Positions 45,395-54,414 of a DNA stretch of 64,000 nt are shown here, piece by piece. Positions within the stretch are counted from its first letter, which is position 1. Each line of letters begins with the position of its first letter. This DNA comes from Deltaproteobacteria bacterium (GTDB lineage: Bacteria > Desulfobacterota > Desulfobulbia > Desulfobulbales > Desulfurivibrionaceae). The stretch is taken from the NCBI GenBank assembly GCA_021847425.1, contig JAJZRF010000005.1:13-64012 (forward strand), in the 5' to 3' direction. The notes below the pieces were generated by a model. That model was not told the origin of the DNA. It searched no databases and saw only the letters and a list, made by a program, of their open reading frames with translations. The position numbers were made by a program, and so were the translations under genes.

Positions 45395-46443
45395 TGGAAA
45401 CGGAAAAAATCGACCTCAAAAACCTTACCCTGGCCCAGATGCGCGATTGGGTCAAGGCCCAGGGCTGGCCAGCCTTCCGGGCCCAGCAGATCTTCGCCTG
45501 GCTCTACCGCCCAGCAATCAGCGATTTCTCCCAGATGACCGACATCTCCAAGGAGGTGCGGGCCAAGCTTGCGAAAATAGCGGTGATCAGCCGTCTCGCC
45601 CCGGCCATGGAGGAGCGCTCCCAGGACGGCAGCGTCAAGTACGGCTTTCGGTTGGCTGACGGGGCAATCATCGAGAGTGTGCTCATCCCCGAGGAGGAAC
45701 GGTTGACCCTGTGCGTCTCCTCCCAGGTGGGCTGCGCCATGGGCTGCAACTTCTGCCTCACCGGCACCATGGGCTTTGTCCGCAACCTGAGCGCTGGCGA
45801 GATCGTGGGCCAGGTTCAGGCGATCACCGAGATTGTCCAGGCACAAGGAAGAAACCGGATCAACAATCTGGTCTTCATGGGCATGGGCGAGCCCCTGGCC
45901 AACTTCGACAACCTGATCGACGGACTCAACATCCTCATGGAGCAGACCGGCCTCGATTTCTCCAGCCGGAGAATCACGGTCTCCACCTGCGGCATCATCC
46001 CCAAGCTCAAGGAACTGGGCGAGGCGGTGACGGTGAATCTTGCCATCTCCCTGCACGCAGCGGACGACGAAACCCGCACGCAGCTCATGCCCATCAACAA
46101 GACCTACCCGGTGGACGAGCTGCTCGCCGCCTGCCGCGCTTATCCCCTGCCCAGCCGCCGCAAGGTCATGATCGAGTACATCATGATCAAGGATCTCAAC
46201 GACTCCGTCCGCCATGCGCGCCTCTTGATCAAAAAACTGCACAAGTTGCGCTGCAAGGTCAACCTCCTGCCCTACAACGAGAACAAGACCTTTCCCTACC
46301 AAAGCCCACCGCGCGACCGGGTGGAGCTGTTCCAGCAAACCCTGCGCGATTCCGGCATCACCGCCTTGATCCGCGAGTCCCGGGGCGGGGATATCTCCGC
46401 GGCCTGCGGCCAGTTGGCGGCGGAGGCGGACGAGGAAGAATAG
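45394..46443 (+). CDS. rlmN: 23S rRNA m2A2503 / tRNA m2A37 methyltransferase
   Basis: CVSSQVGCAMGCNFCLTG, VFMGMGEP, TVST, LAISLHA, VNLLPYN, RGGDISAACGQL. Confidence 0.96.
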   Translation: METEKIDLKNLTLAQMRDWVKAQGWPAFRAQQIFAWLYRPAISDFSQMTDISKEVRAKLAKIAVISRLAPAMEERSQDGSVKYGFRLADGAIIESVLIPEEERLTLCVSSQVGCAMGCNFCLTGTMGFVRNLSAGEIVGQVQAITEIVQAQGRNRINNLVFMGMGEPLANFDNLIDGLNILMEQTGLDFSSRRITVSTCGIIPKLKELGEAVTVNLAISLHAADDETRTQLMPINKTYPVDELLAACRAYPLPSRRKVMIEYIMIKDLNDSVRHARLLIKKLHKLRCKVNLLPYNENKTFPYQSPPRDRVELFQQTLRDSGITALIRESRGGDISAACGQLAAEADEEE

Positions 46444-46619
46444 ACCAAACCCATTCCCCATTCATATCCATTTCAGGTTTTTCCATTGACTTCCCCGCGC
46501 CATTGGGCATACCATTCCGATGAAGAAAGCAGCAATGCTTTCACCTTTCCAACCCAGAAAATACGCAATGCCGGGCTGTTCCGGCACAGAGAACAAGAGA
46601 AGAATTCAAGGAGAACACC

Positions 46620-47231
46620 ATGATCCATTTCATCCATCGCCGTCGCAACCTGCTGGCCCTTTGTCTTATGACCCTGCTTTTCCTTGGGGGCTGCGCCACC
46701 TATACCCGTCAGGTTGTTCTGCGCTATGATCCCGTAACCAAAACGCGCTTTGGAGGCGGCGACCTCTATCTGGTCAATGCCGAACTGCAGCCGCCGACCG
46801 CCTCCGGGGCATGGGCCATCGGCAACACCAAGAATGGTGATGGCGTAATGATCGATACCCTGTGGAGCGGCGTCTCCCCCGCCGGCCTGGTGCAAAGCGC
46901 CTTGCAGCGCGAGTTGAGCCAGACCGGCTATTCGGTGATCCCGGCCAAAAAAGCCCCGGATCTTTCCAACAAGGTGGTGGAGATCACCGAAGCAAGCGTG
47001 AATGTCGATCAGATCTCCAAGATCCCCCAAGTTGACGCCACCTGCACCATCAGCGTTTCCCTCACCGTGATGAAGAACGGCTTGCCGGTGCGCAAGCTGC
47101 ACTACGAGGCAAAGGGCAGCGACCTGGCGATCAAGGACCGCGACCGGCTGGCAGAGACCATGCTCCGCAATACCATGCAGGATCTGATGAAGCAGGCGAT
47201 TCCGGATATTGTTGCGATTTTGGAGCAATAA
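46620..47231 (+). CDS. Putative lipoprotein
   Basis: AAGGAG RBS; lipobox LGGC; upstream TTGACT-N18-TACCAT promoter-like motif at 46486-46515. Confidence 0.75.
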   Translation: MIHFIHRRRNLLALCLMTLLFLGGCATYTRQVVLRYDPVTKTRFGGGDLYLVNAELQPPTASGAWAIGNTKNGDGVMIDTLWSGVSPAGLVQSALQRELSQTGYSVIPAKKAPDLSNKVVEITEASVNVDQISKIPQVDATCTISVSLTVMKNGLPVRKLHYEAKGSDLAIKDRDRLAETMLRNTMQDLMKQAIPDIVAILEQ

Positions 47232-47481
47232 AAAAATACGAGTAATGGCCCTACTTACTCCACAACAAACCGCCCACTCAAAGCACTTAAAACGGGAGAC
47301 ACGCTCAAAACGACAAAAGACAAATAAAAAAACACGAAACAAGCGCCGTGTCCAATCCGTCAACCTTCCCCGGTTTGGTGGCCACTCCGGGCCCACTGAG
47401 CCGGGGGGAGAGACAACAACCCCAAAAAAACCAGGCGACTCTCGACAGAGTTCAGTCCAAAATCCAAAAACCTGCTTCCTC

Positions 47482-48942
47482 TTAAAGATACGGGGAAAAC
47501 AAGCGGAAAAACCGGTTTCTTAATCTGACCGCGATTTTCTTTGACTCCAGGTCCCAGAGGGTCAGTTTCGTTGCGTTTTGTTCCTTTCCGTCAAGGATAC
47601 CTTCCACGGTCCGGGCAAGCCCGGTGTCGTAGCATTCCACATTAAACTCAAAATTGAGCGACAGGCTTCTTGTGTCCCAGTTCGCAGACCCGAGGAGCAC
47701 CCATTCTCCGTCAACCACCATCATTTTTGAGTGGTCGAACGGCGCCGCGGTGTAATGGATCACGCAACCGGCCCGGACCAGCTCCTCGACCAAGGCATCG
47801 GAGGCCCACTTGACCATGCGGAGGTTGGTTGTGCCGGGGAGCAGGATCTGGATCTTTATGCCGCGCAGAGCGGCAATCTGCAGCGCCGCCCGGAGTTCGT
47901 TGTCGGGCAGGAAATAGGGTGTCGCTATTCTTATGGAAGTACGGGCGACCGCGATCGCCCCCATCATCACGAAGCGGAGTTTGTTAAAGTCTTCATCCGG
48001 CCCGTCCGATATTCCCCGGGCGATCATCTCTCCCTGGAGTTCGTGAATCGGAAACCAGACCGGACCCGCCAGTTTTTCTCCGGTGCTGAAAACCCAATCT
48101 TCGGCAAAGACCTGCTGCAGTTCGGCAACCACCGGGCCCTGGATCTTGAAATGGATGTCCTGCAGCGGATAATCCGGCTTATCCCCCAGGACGCCGCCCT
48201 CCCTGACATTCATCCCCCCCGTGAAACCCGTTCTCCCATCCGTGACCATGATTTTCCGGTGATTTCGCAAATTCAGATAACGAAACCGCCAAGGCAGAAT
48301 GGTCTTCATGAATTCGGCAACCCGGACACCGTCACGGTCCAGCTCTCCGATGATGGAAGGAAACGAGTAGCGGGCGCCCACCGCATCAATCAAAACCCTG
48401 ACCTCGACTCCGCGCCGGACAGCATCCCGTAGCGCCCCCCTGAATTTCTTGCCCCAGGAATCGTTGTCGAAAATATACGTGGCCAGGGTGATCGAAACCC
48501 GGGCCTCCTCGATGGCTGAAAGCATTGCCGGATAGGCCTGATCGCCGTTTAGCAAAGCGGTGATCCTGTTGCCGCCAAGCAGCGGCCGGGTAGTCACCTG
48601 ATTCGTCAGGCTGTGGAGCGCCGGCATGCCGGAATTCTTCCAGCCAAACAGATGGCCAACCTGTTCCGCGGAAACCAAGGTGTCCAACCGGGGCAGCTCA
48701 ACCGCTATCCGGTCCGCGAACCTTGTTTTAGCACGCCGCTGAATCCGGTTGATACCGAACAGCCAGTACAGGCAGACGCCCAGGACCGGAGAAAACCAGG
48801 TCAGGCCCAGCCAGCCGATGGCCGCCCCGGGGTCGTGCTTGTACATGATGACATGCACGGCCGTCGAAGCCATTGCCAGAACGGTGACCGCCGTCAAAAA
48901 ATGGGGCCAGAAATCCTGAATGAATTTGAAGTAAATATCCAT
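47482..48942 (-). CDS. cls: Cardiolipin synthase
   Basis: Two N-terminal TMs; two HKD motifs (NHRKIMVTDG..GFTGGMN and HSKMMVVDG....GSANWD.RS). Confidence 0.92.
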   Translation of the reverse strand: MDIYFKFIQDFWPHFLTAVTVLAMASTAVHVIMYKHDPGAAIGWLGLTWFSPVLGVCLYWLFGINRIQRRAKTRFADRIAVELPRLDTLVSAEQVGHLFGWKNSGMPALHSLTNQVTTRPLLGGNRITALLNGDQAYPAMLSAIEEARVSITLATYIFDNDSWGKKFRGALRDAVRRGVEVRVLIDAVGARYSFPSIIGELDRDGVRVAEFMKTILPWRFRYLNLRNHRKIMVTDGRTGFTGGMNVREGGVLGDKPDYPLQDIHFKIQGPVVAELQQVFAEDWVFSTGEKLAGPVWFPIHELQGEMIARGISDGPDEDFNKLRFVMMGAIAVARTSIRIATPYFLPDNELRAALQIAALRGIKIQILLPGTTNLRMVKWASDALVEELVRAGCVIHYTAAPFDHSKMMVVDGEWVLLGSANWDTRSLSLNFEFNVECYDTGLARTVEGILDGKEQNATKLTLWDLESKKIAVRLRNRFFRLFSPYL

Positions 48943-49143
48943 GGTGCCTGCCGCAATGCCACGTTGAAGAGTATACGCTGAAAGCGTTCATGGGCCGCCC
49001 CGGAAAACCATGGGGGCGCCGCCACAAAAACGTTACCGGATGATCTGCCGAGTTAACGCTAGCAGAGAGCTGAAATTATTGACAGGATTTTCCCGGTGCG
49101 GGATCGAAAATGAAGTGCGGCAATTCAATGCCTGGGGCAGGCC

Positions 49144-50151
49144 TTACCCTTCCCCGCCGCTGATCAGATACTTGAGATAATGATAGAACGACAGGGCTGA
49201 AAAAATCACCAGCAGAATCAGGGAAACCTTCACCGCCAGCCGCTGGTAGCGGTCAACCACCCCACCCAGCCCTGCCTTGCCTCGCACCAGACCGGCAAGC
49301 GCTGCGCTGGCCCCGAAGAAAGCCGCCGGGATCAGGGCGCCATACAGGGCGAAGCCGAAATAATGATACTCCGGCTTGAGGATGCAGAACGGGCATTTAT
49401 GGTAGGGCATGGCATAGACATAGGATGAGATCACGTTGGTGATCATCACCAGGGAAAGGACGAAAAACCAGAGCCAGCCCGCGGCATAGAGGTCGGCCAG
49501 CCAAGCCTGCCAGCGCCGCAACAGTGTCCACCCCAGCACTGTTAATCCGATGATGGAACCGATAAAGGCGATGAGCAATCCCTGTTGCGAAAAGCCGGTC
49601 ATCAGATTGGTGGTGCTGCCGGGAGTGTCGCTGAAGACCACGGCGCAGCAGGAGGTGATGATGTCCGGCTTGATTCCGGCGATATAGAGGGTTTGCAGGG
49701 TGGCATCGAGAACAAGCAGAGGAAGAAGCAGGAGCAGGGCCAGATATTTGATCCGCACCAGGGGGTAATGCTCCGAGCGGATATCCAGCTGGTGGAGGAG
49801 AATCCAGAAGCCATAGAAGAAAACCCCCACCAGCTTGACCAGCAGTGCGGGCATGCCGAAAGGATTTGCCAGCAGGGCGCCGGTGGCGCACATGGCCCCG
49901 ACGATGACCTTGCAAAACTGATCCGCCGCCAGCATGAAGAGGATCAGGGTCATGATCTGGAAGCCCAGACCGTAGGCGACCAGGGTTGAAGAGAGCCAGA
50001 TCTCGTTTTCCAGCCGGATCTGGCGGTTGCTGTCGCTGCCCGGCTCCCAGAAGCGCAGAACCCGCACCGCGGTTTTTGCGGCCACCGCGCCGAGCACCAG
50101 CACCACCAGGCTGCAGAGCGTGAGGGCCAGGCTCCATGGGTTAAGAAACAT
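49144..50151 (-). CDS. Polytopic membrane protein with Cys motifs, unknown function
   Basis: About 8-9 hydrophobic segments; GAMCATG, ITSCC, HKCPFC motifs; last gene of the NosL operon. Confidence 0.75.
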   Translation of the reverse strand: MFLNPWSLALTLCSLVVLVLGAVAAKTAVRVLRFWEPGSDSNRQIRLENEIWLSSTLVAYGLGFQIMTLILFMLAADQFCKVIVGAMCATGALLANPFGMPALLVKLVGVFFYGFWILLHQLDIRSEHYPLVRIKYLALLLLLPLLVLDATLQTLYIAGIKPDIITSCCAVVFSDTPGSTTNLMTGFSQQGLLIAFIGSIIGLTVLGWTLLRRWQAWLADLYAAGWLWFFVLSLVMITNVISSYVYAMPYHKCPFCILKPEYHYFGFALYGALIPAAFFGASAALAGLVRGKAGLGGVVDRYQRLAVKVSLILLVIFSALSFYHYLKYLISGGEG

Positions 50152-50818
50152 GGATTCTGCCGTCCTTGATGGTGACAGTCCGCTCAATGGCCGGATGCTC
50201 AAAAACCAGGGGATCGTGGGAGGCGATGACAATGGTCTTGCCCCCTGCCTTCAGCTGCTGCATGATCTCCATGAATTCCCGGCTCAGGGCGGTGTCGAGA
50301 TGGGCCGTGGGTTCATCGGCCAGGATGATGGGCTGATTGTTGATCAGGGCCCTGGCAATGGCCACCCGCTGCAGCTCGCCGCCGGAGATCTGGCCGGCCG
50401 GGAACTGGGCCCGATGGGTTATGGCAAAGCGTTCCAGAAGCTCTTGGGCCCGCTGCTTGCGTTCCTTGGGCGGCACGCCCAGCGGCAGCAAGGGCAAGGT
50501 GATGTTCTCCAGCACGGTCAACTCAGGCAGGATATTGAAACGCTGAAAGATAAAACCGATGGTTTCCCGCCGATGCAGGGTGAGAAACCGGTCCGGGAGC
50601 CGGGCCAGCTGCCGGCCGGCAATGGCGGCCTTGCCGCTGGTGGGCGGGAAGATGCAGCCGATGATGGCCAGCAGGGTGGACTTGCCAGAGCCGCTCGGCC
50701 CCTTGAGGCAGACCATGCTCCCCTGCTCCACCCCAAGGTCGATGCCGGTAAGGGCTCGCACCTCGTTGGCCCGCCCCTGGTTGTAAATCTTGCTCACCCC
50801 GGAAAGTTCGATCAGCAT
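50141..50818 (-). CDS. ABC transporter ATP-binding protein (LolD/MacB-type)
   Basis: GPSGSGKST, ISGGELQRVAIARAL, ILADEPT, ASHD. Confidence 0.93.
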   Translation of the reverse strand: MLIELSGVSKIYNQGRANEVRALTGIDLGVEQGSMVCLKGPSGSGKSTLLAIIGCIFPPTSGKAAIAGRQLARLPDRFLTLHRRETIGFIFQRFNILPELTVLENITLPLLPLGVPPKERKQRAQELLERFAITHRAQFPAGQISGGELQRVAIARALINNQPIILADEPTAHLDTALSREFMEIMQQLKAGGKTIVIASHDPLVFEHPAIERTVTIKDGRIHVS

Positions 50819-50822
50819 CGCT

Positions 50823-52019
50823 TCAGCCTCCCAGCGCCGAATCGGCGGGAACCGTGGCGCTGCGCCAGGCCGGAATCACCGTGGCCGCCAGATAAGGAAC
50901 CACGGTAAAGGCCAGGATCAGCAGGATATTCCCCACCGCCATCCTGGGCACCAGATGCAGGTCAGGCCGGAGCACGGACCAGCCCATGAGCACCGGCCTG
51001 AAGAGGAAGGCGGCAAAATACACCACATGGATGTAAGCCGCGGTCATCCCCACAATGCAGGCCAGCCCGGAAACGATCACCGACTCCCAGAAACGGACGG
51101 CCAGGATGTCGCTGGTTTCCCAGCCCAGCACCTTGAGGATGGAGATTTCCCGCCGCTCTTCCGGGGAAAGACCGGAGGCCTTGTCCCAGGCCAGGATGAC
51201 AAAGGAGGCCAAGGCCGCCAGCAGGCAGATGGAGCCGAAGCCGCTGCGCCAGCCGAATACAACCTGATAGGTCTTCTGGATCTGCGGCCGGGTCAGCACC
51301 CGGACCCCGGGCAGGATTGCGGAGATTTTTCGGGCAATGGTCCCGATTTCCTTGGGGTTGGCCACGTACACGCAGAGGTCCGTGACCAGTCCGGCGGGAA
51401 TTTCGTAGAGATCGCGGGCATCGGCCAGGGACATGACGATGAGGTCGTTGGTCATGATATCCGTGTCCCGCGAGAACGCCCCGCTGACCGTAAAGGTTTT
51501 CAGGGAAAGATCCGGCCGGAACAGAGAGAAGGTATTGCGCTCGTCCAGATTCAACGCTTTTACTATGGATTGCCCGACAACCACTCTGCCCTGCTCTTCA
51601 GGCCCGGGTATTGTCCCCTTGGCCAGGGCCGTATCAAGACGGTCCCCTTCCGGCATCTCCCGTACATCCATCCCCATGACCGTGTAATTGGCCAGCCGGA
51701 CCTCGTCAAAGTAATAGCCCCAGATCCGGGGCACCACCCTGCGGATGCCGAAAATTCCGGCCAGCCGGTCCCGGTAAGCCAGGGGGATGGCTTCCTGGCG
51801 GCCGGCCGACATCTTCTGCAGGGTAATCTCCGGGGTATAGGCCAGCACCTGGGATGCCTTGTCCGTGAGGGCCTGGGTCACCATCTGGAAGGAGGCCAGC
51901 AGGAAAATAACCGCCGCAAAGACCAGCAGCACGCTGAGGCTTTTCATCCTCCGCCGCCACAGGGAAGAGAGGGCATAATCCAGGATATTGAGCTGTTTTT
52001 CGAGGTTGCGTGGAGCCAT
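50823..52019 (-). CDS. FtsX/MacB-type ABC permease
   Basis: TM1, large periplasmic domain, EERREISILKVLGW, three further TMs. Confidence 0.88.
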   Translation of the reverse strand: MAPRNLEKQLNILDYALSSLWRRRMKSLSVLLVFAAVIFLLASFQMVTQALTDKASQVLAYTPEITLQKMSAGRQEAIPLAYRDRLAGIFGIRRVVPRIWGYYFDEVRLANYTVMGMDVREMPEGDRLDTALAKGTIPGPEEQGRVVVGQSIVKALNLDERNTFSLFRPDLSLKTFTVSGAFSRDTDIMTNDLIVMSLADARDLYEIPAGLVTDLCVYVANPKEIGTIARKISAILPGVRVLTRPQIQKTYQVVFGWRSGFGSICLLAALASFVILAWDKASGLSPEERREISILKVLGWETSDILAVRFWESVIVSGLACIVGMTAAYIHVVYFAAFLFRPVLMGWSVLRPDLHLVPRMAVGNILLILAFTVVPYLAATVIPAWRSATVPADSALGG

Positions 52020-52027
52020 GGCTGGTC

Positions 52028-52309
52028 TCAGCGGGGAGGTGGCAGCCAGAAGGTGCCGGTGGGAAAATGTTCGATGGCGCCGGGATGATCCATAAAGGGG
52101 GCCATCGCGTCGCTCACCGCCGGATGCCGGGTGTAGCGGGCCTCGGTGGCCACGGCCGGATCGGTGAGCCCCAGTCCGCTGGTTGCCGCTTCCAAGCGGG
52201 CAAGGGTCGCGTCCTCACCCTTGCGCCTGACAAGGCCGTCGGCAAACAGCACCCCGTCAAGGGTCAGGAGCAGGCTCAGGAGCAGGCTGAAAACAAGAGC
52301 GGGCCGCAT
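52028..52309 (-). CDS. Small hypothetical exported/membrane protein
   Basis: Hydrophobic N-terminus; GLTDPAVATEARYTRH...DHPGAIEHFP; tightly packed in the operon. Confidence 0.65.
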   Translation of the reverse strand: MRPALVFSLLLSLLLTLDGVLFADGLVRRKGEDATLARLEAATSGLGLTDPAVATEARYTRHPAVSDAMAPFMDHPGAIEHFPTGTFWLPPPR

Positions 52310-52312
52310 TGT

Positions 52313-52834
52313 TTAGCGCATCTTCTGCCCATGGCGCAAGGACTGCACCATGGGCTCGGTGATTTCGTCAAAACGCACCACCTTGGTCCCTTTGTGGTCC
52401 TTGCGGAAATTTTCCGCCGCGGCTGCGGAGCTGAAGGGGATGAACTCATGGCCCATGGGCCCGTAAACATCACTGCCCATGACGTACCAGGCCGAACGGC
52501 CGTCGAGCCAGGCAAGGGTGTAGTAGTCTTTTACCCAGATTTCCTCAATCTTCTGCCCGGAGGCGCCGAAGGACGCCGGGTTGAAGGAGAAGGCCATCAT
52601 GTCCTTTACCCCGTCGAAAAATTTCACGGTGTTGTTGCTCAGCCGGACCTGGGTTACCCAATCCGGATATTTTCCCACAAACATCCCGCAGACCGAACAG
52701 CGCTCCCGGGGGGAGATCTCCTTGACAGGCTGGGCCAGAAGCGGGTTCCCCGCCAGGACAAAGGAAACGAGGCAGGCAAAAAACGCGCCCTTTCGGACAA
52801 TGTGATTTTTAAGAAATATTCTCATTATTTTCAT
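52313..52834 (-). CDS. nosL: NosL-family metal (copper) chaperone
   Basis: CSVCGMFV, FDGVKDM, VKDYY...WLD...YVMGSDVYGPMGHEFIPF, AENFRKDHKG. Confidence 0.88.
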   Translation of the reverse strand: MKIMRIFLKNHIVRKGAFFACLVSFVLAGNPLLAQPVKEISPRERCSVCGMFVGKYPDWVTQVRLSNNTVKFFDGVKDMMAFSFNPASFGASGQKIEEIWVKDYYTLAWLDGRSAWYVMGSDVYGPMGHEFIPFSSAAAAENFRKDHKGTKVVRFDEITEPMVQSLRHGQKMR

Positions 52835-52847
52835 TCAACCTGCCGAG

Positions 52848-53378
52848 TTATTGTTGCTTTTTTGTGTCTTTACTGAAATATCCGCCCAGGATGTCTTTCA
52901 GCTCTGCCTCGCTTACCCCGCCAAGCATGGCGCCAAGAATCTTGTGTTCCGGGCTGATTATGATGGTCTGCGGCTCCACCTTGATATTGTACCGGGTCGA
53001 AATCGCCCCGTCCTTGTCGATAAGCACCGGAAAACCAATATCCAGGTCAGCCACGAACCGGCGCACCGTCGCCTCGTCGGAATGCCGGTTGACATAAACC
53101 ACCCGCAGCCCGGCTTGCTTGTACTTTTCAAAATACTGATTGAAGATCGGGGTATCGGCCCGGCAGAATTTGCAATCCGTGGACCAGAAACGGAGAATGA
53201 CCGGCTGCCCTTGGTAGGCGGCCAGCGATACCGGTTGCCCGTTTAAGTCGGTACCGGAAAAATCAGGGGCCGGATCGCCGATCTTCAGTTTCTTGGCGGC
53301 CGAATCGCCACCGGAACAGGCGGCCAGGATAAAGAGCACGGAGCAGAGCAGAAACACCGGGACGATTTTTTTTAACAT
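52848..53378 (-). CDS. TlpA/ResA-like thiol-disulfide oxidoreductase lipoprotein
   Basis: Lipobox LAAC, APDF, FWSTDCKFC, cis-Pro loop VEPQT. Confidence 0.85.
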   Translation of the reverse strand: MLKKIVPVFLLCSVLFILAACSGGDSAAKKLKIGDPAPDFSGTDLNGQPVSLAAYQGQPVILRFWSTDCKFCRADTPIFNQYFEKYKQAGLRVVYVNRHSDEATVRRFVADLDIGFPVLIDKDGAISTRYNIKVEPQTIIISPEHKILGAMLGGVSEAELKDILGGYFSKDTKKQQ

Positions 53379-53415
53379 TATCAAGAGCCGCCTCAGTCTG
53401 AGGAATTCTAAAATT

Positions 53416-54093
53416 TCAGGCAGCCTGGCCGGAAAGAACGCCCTGCCGCATGGAAAAAACCCTGGCATCCTTCTGGGTGGCGGCCAGATCGCTGTTGTGG
53501 GTCACAACCACAAAGGTGGTTCCCTGTTCATTATACCTTCTGAACAGGGCCAGGATATCTCTTTCTGTTTCTTCATCCAGATCCCCGGTGGGTTCGTCGG
53601 CCAGAATGATATCCGGACAGTTGATAAAGGAACGGGCAATGGCCACCCGCCGTTGCTGGCCGCCGGAGAGCTGGGAGGGAAAGGCCTTACCCTTGTCCGC
53701 CAGACCGACCTGGTCGAGAATATCCAGGGCAAGATCACGGCTGCCCGCGGGATTTTCGCCAAAACTCAAGGGGAGCAAAATATTCTCCATGATCGAGAGG
53801 GTGGGAATCAGGCTGGCGAACTGAAAAATAAAGCCGATCTTGCTGTTGCGCATGGTGGAAAGAGCCCGGTCGGATTGCTGCCAGTTTTCTACCCCATCGA
53901 TAAAAACCTGCCCCTTGTCCGGGGAGGTCAAGCCGCCGATCAGGCTCAACAGGGTTGTTTTTCCCGAACCGGAATGCCCCAGGATGACAAGGAAATCCCC
54001 TTTGTTCACGGAAAGATTCACGGTGTCGGCGGCATGTACCATGGTGTTTTCCACCGCATAGCTCTTGGTGAGATTCTTGCATTCGATGATCAC
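53416..54093 (-). CDS. ABC transporter ATP-binding protein (LolD/MacB-type)
   Basis: GHSGSGKT, LSGGQQRRVAIAR, LADEPTGDLD, VTHN; start GTG 54093 (alt. 54117). Confidence 0.92.
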   Translation of the reverse strand: MIIECKNLTKSYAVENTMVHAADTVNLSVNKGDFLVILGHSGSGKTTLLSLIGGLTSPDKGQVFIDGVENWQQSDRALSTMRNSKIGFIFQFASLIPTLSIMENILLPLSFGENPAGSRDLALDILDQVGLADKGKAFPSQLSGGQQRRVAIARSFINCPDIILADEPTGDLDEETERDILALFRRYNEQGTTFVVVTHNSDLAATQKDARVFSMRQGVLSGQAA

Positions 54094-54246
54094 GATTTTC
54101 CCCAATGTAAAATTCAATGTTGTGTCATAACCAGGAGCAAAACGAGGCAGGAAAGGCCACCTGGCAGATCCCCTGCAAAATTATTTGCCTCTGCATAAAA
54201 ATGATGTTGCCAATATACCACTAAGTGGTAATATCGTAAACACTCA

Positions 54247-54278
54247 TGTGGCATTTTGTCGCATGGCAATTTGTCGCA
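54247..54278. promoter_or_regulatory. Tandem operator-like boxes in the divergent promoter region
   Basis: TGGCATTTTGTCGCA and TGGCAATTTGTCGCA back to back (14/15 identical). Confidence 0.5.
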
Positions 54279-54414
54279 CCAAATAAATCAGCCTTGGACA
54301 GCATCGGTGAGCTGACCGTGTTAGCCAAGGTCATTATAAGTGAACAGACAGTCATCAGCTGTCGGATGCAGGCACGGTACAAAACCAGCTGGCATTTACA
54401 ACGAGGAGAAAACA

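Noticed and set aside
47232-47481. Possible IS3-like end remnant (TCAACCTTCCCCGGTTTGGTGGCCACT) in an A/C-skewed intergenic stretch
   Set aside because: No matching second inverted repeat, target duplication or transposase fragment; too weak to call.
52313-52834. nosL as evidence for N2O respiration
   Set aside because: No nosZ, nosD, nosY or nosR in the window; NosL-family genes also occur outside nos clusters.
54249-54278. sigma54 -24/-12 promoters (TGGCA...GC)
   Set aside because: GG-to-GC spacing is one base short of the strict consensus in both units; treated as operator boxes instead.
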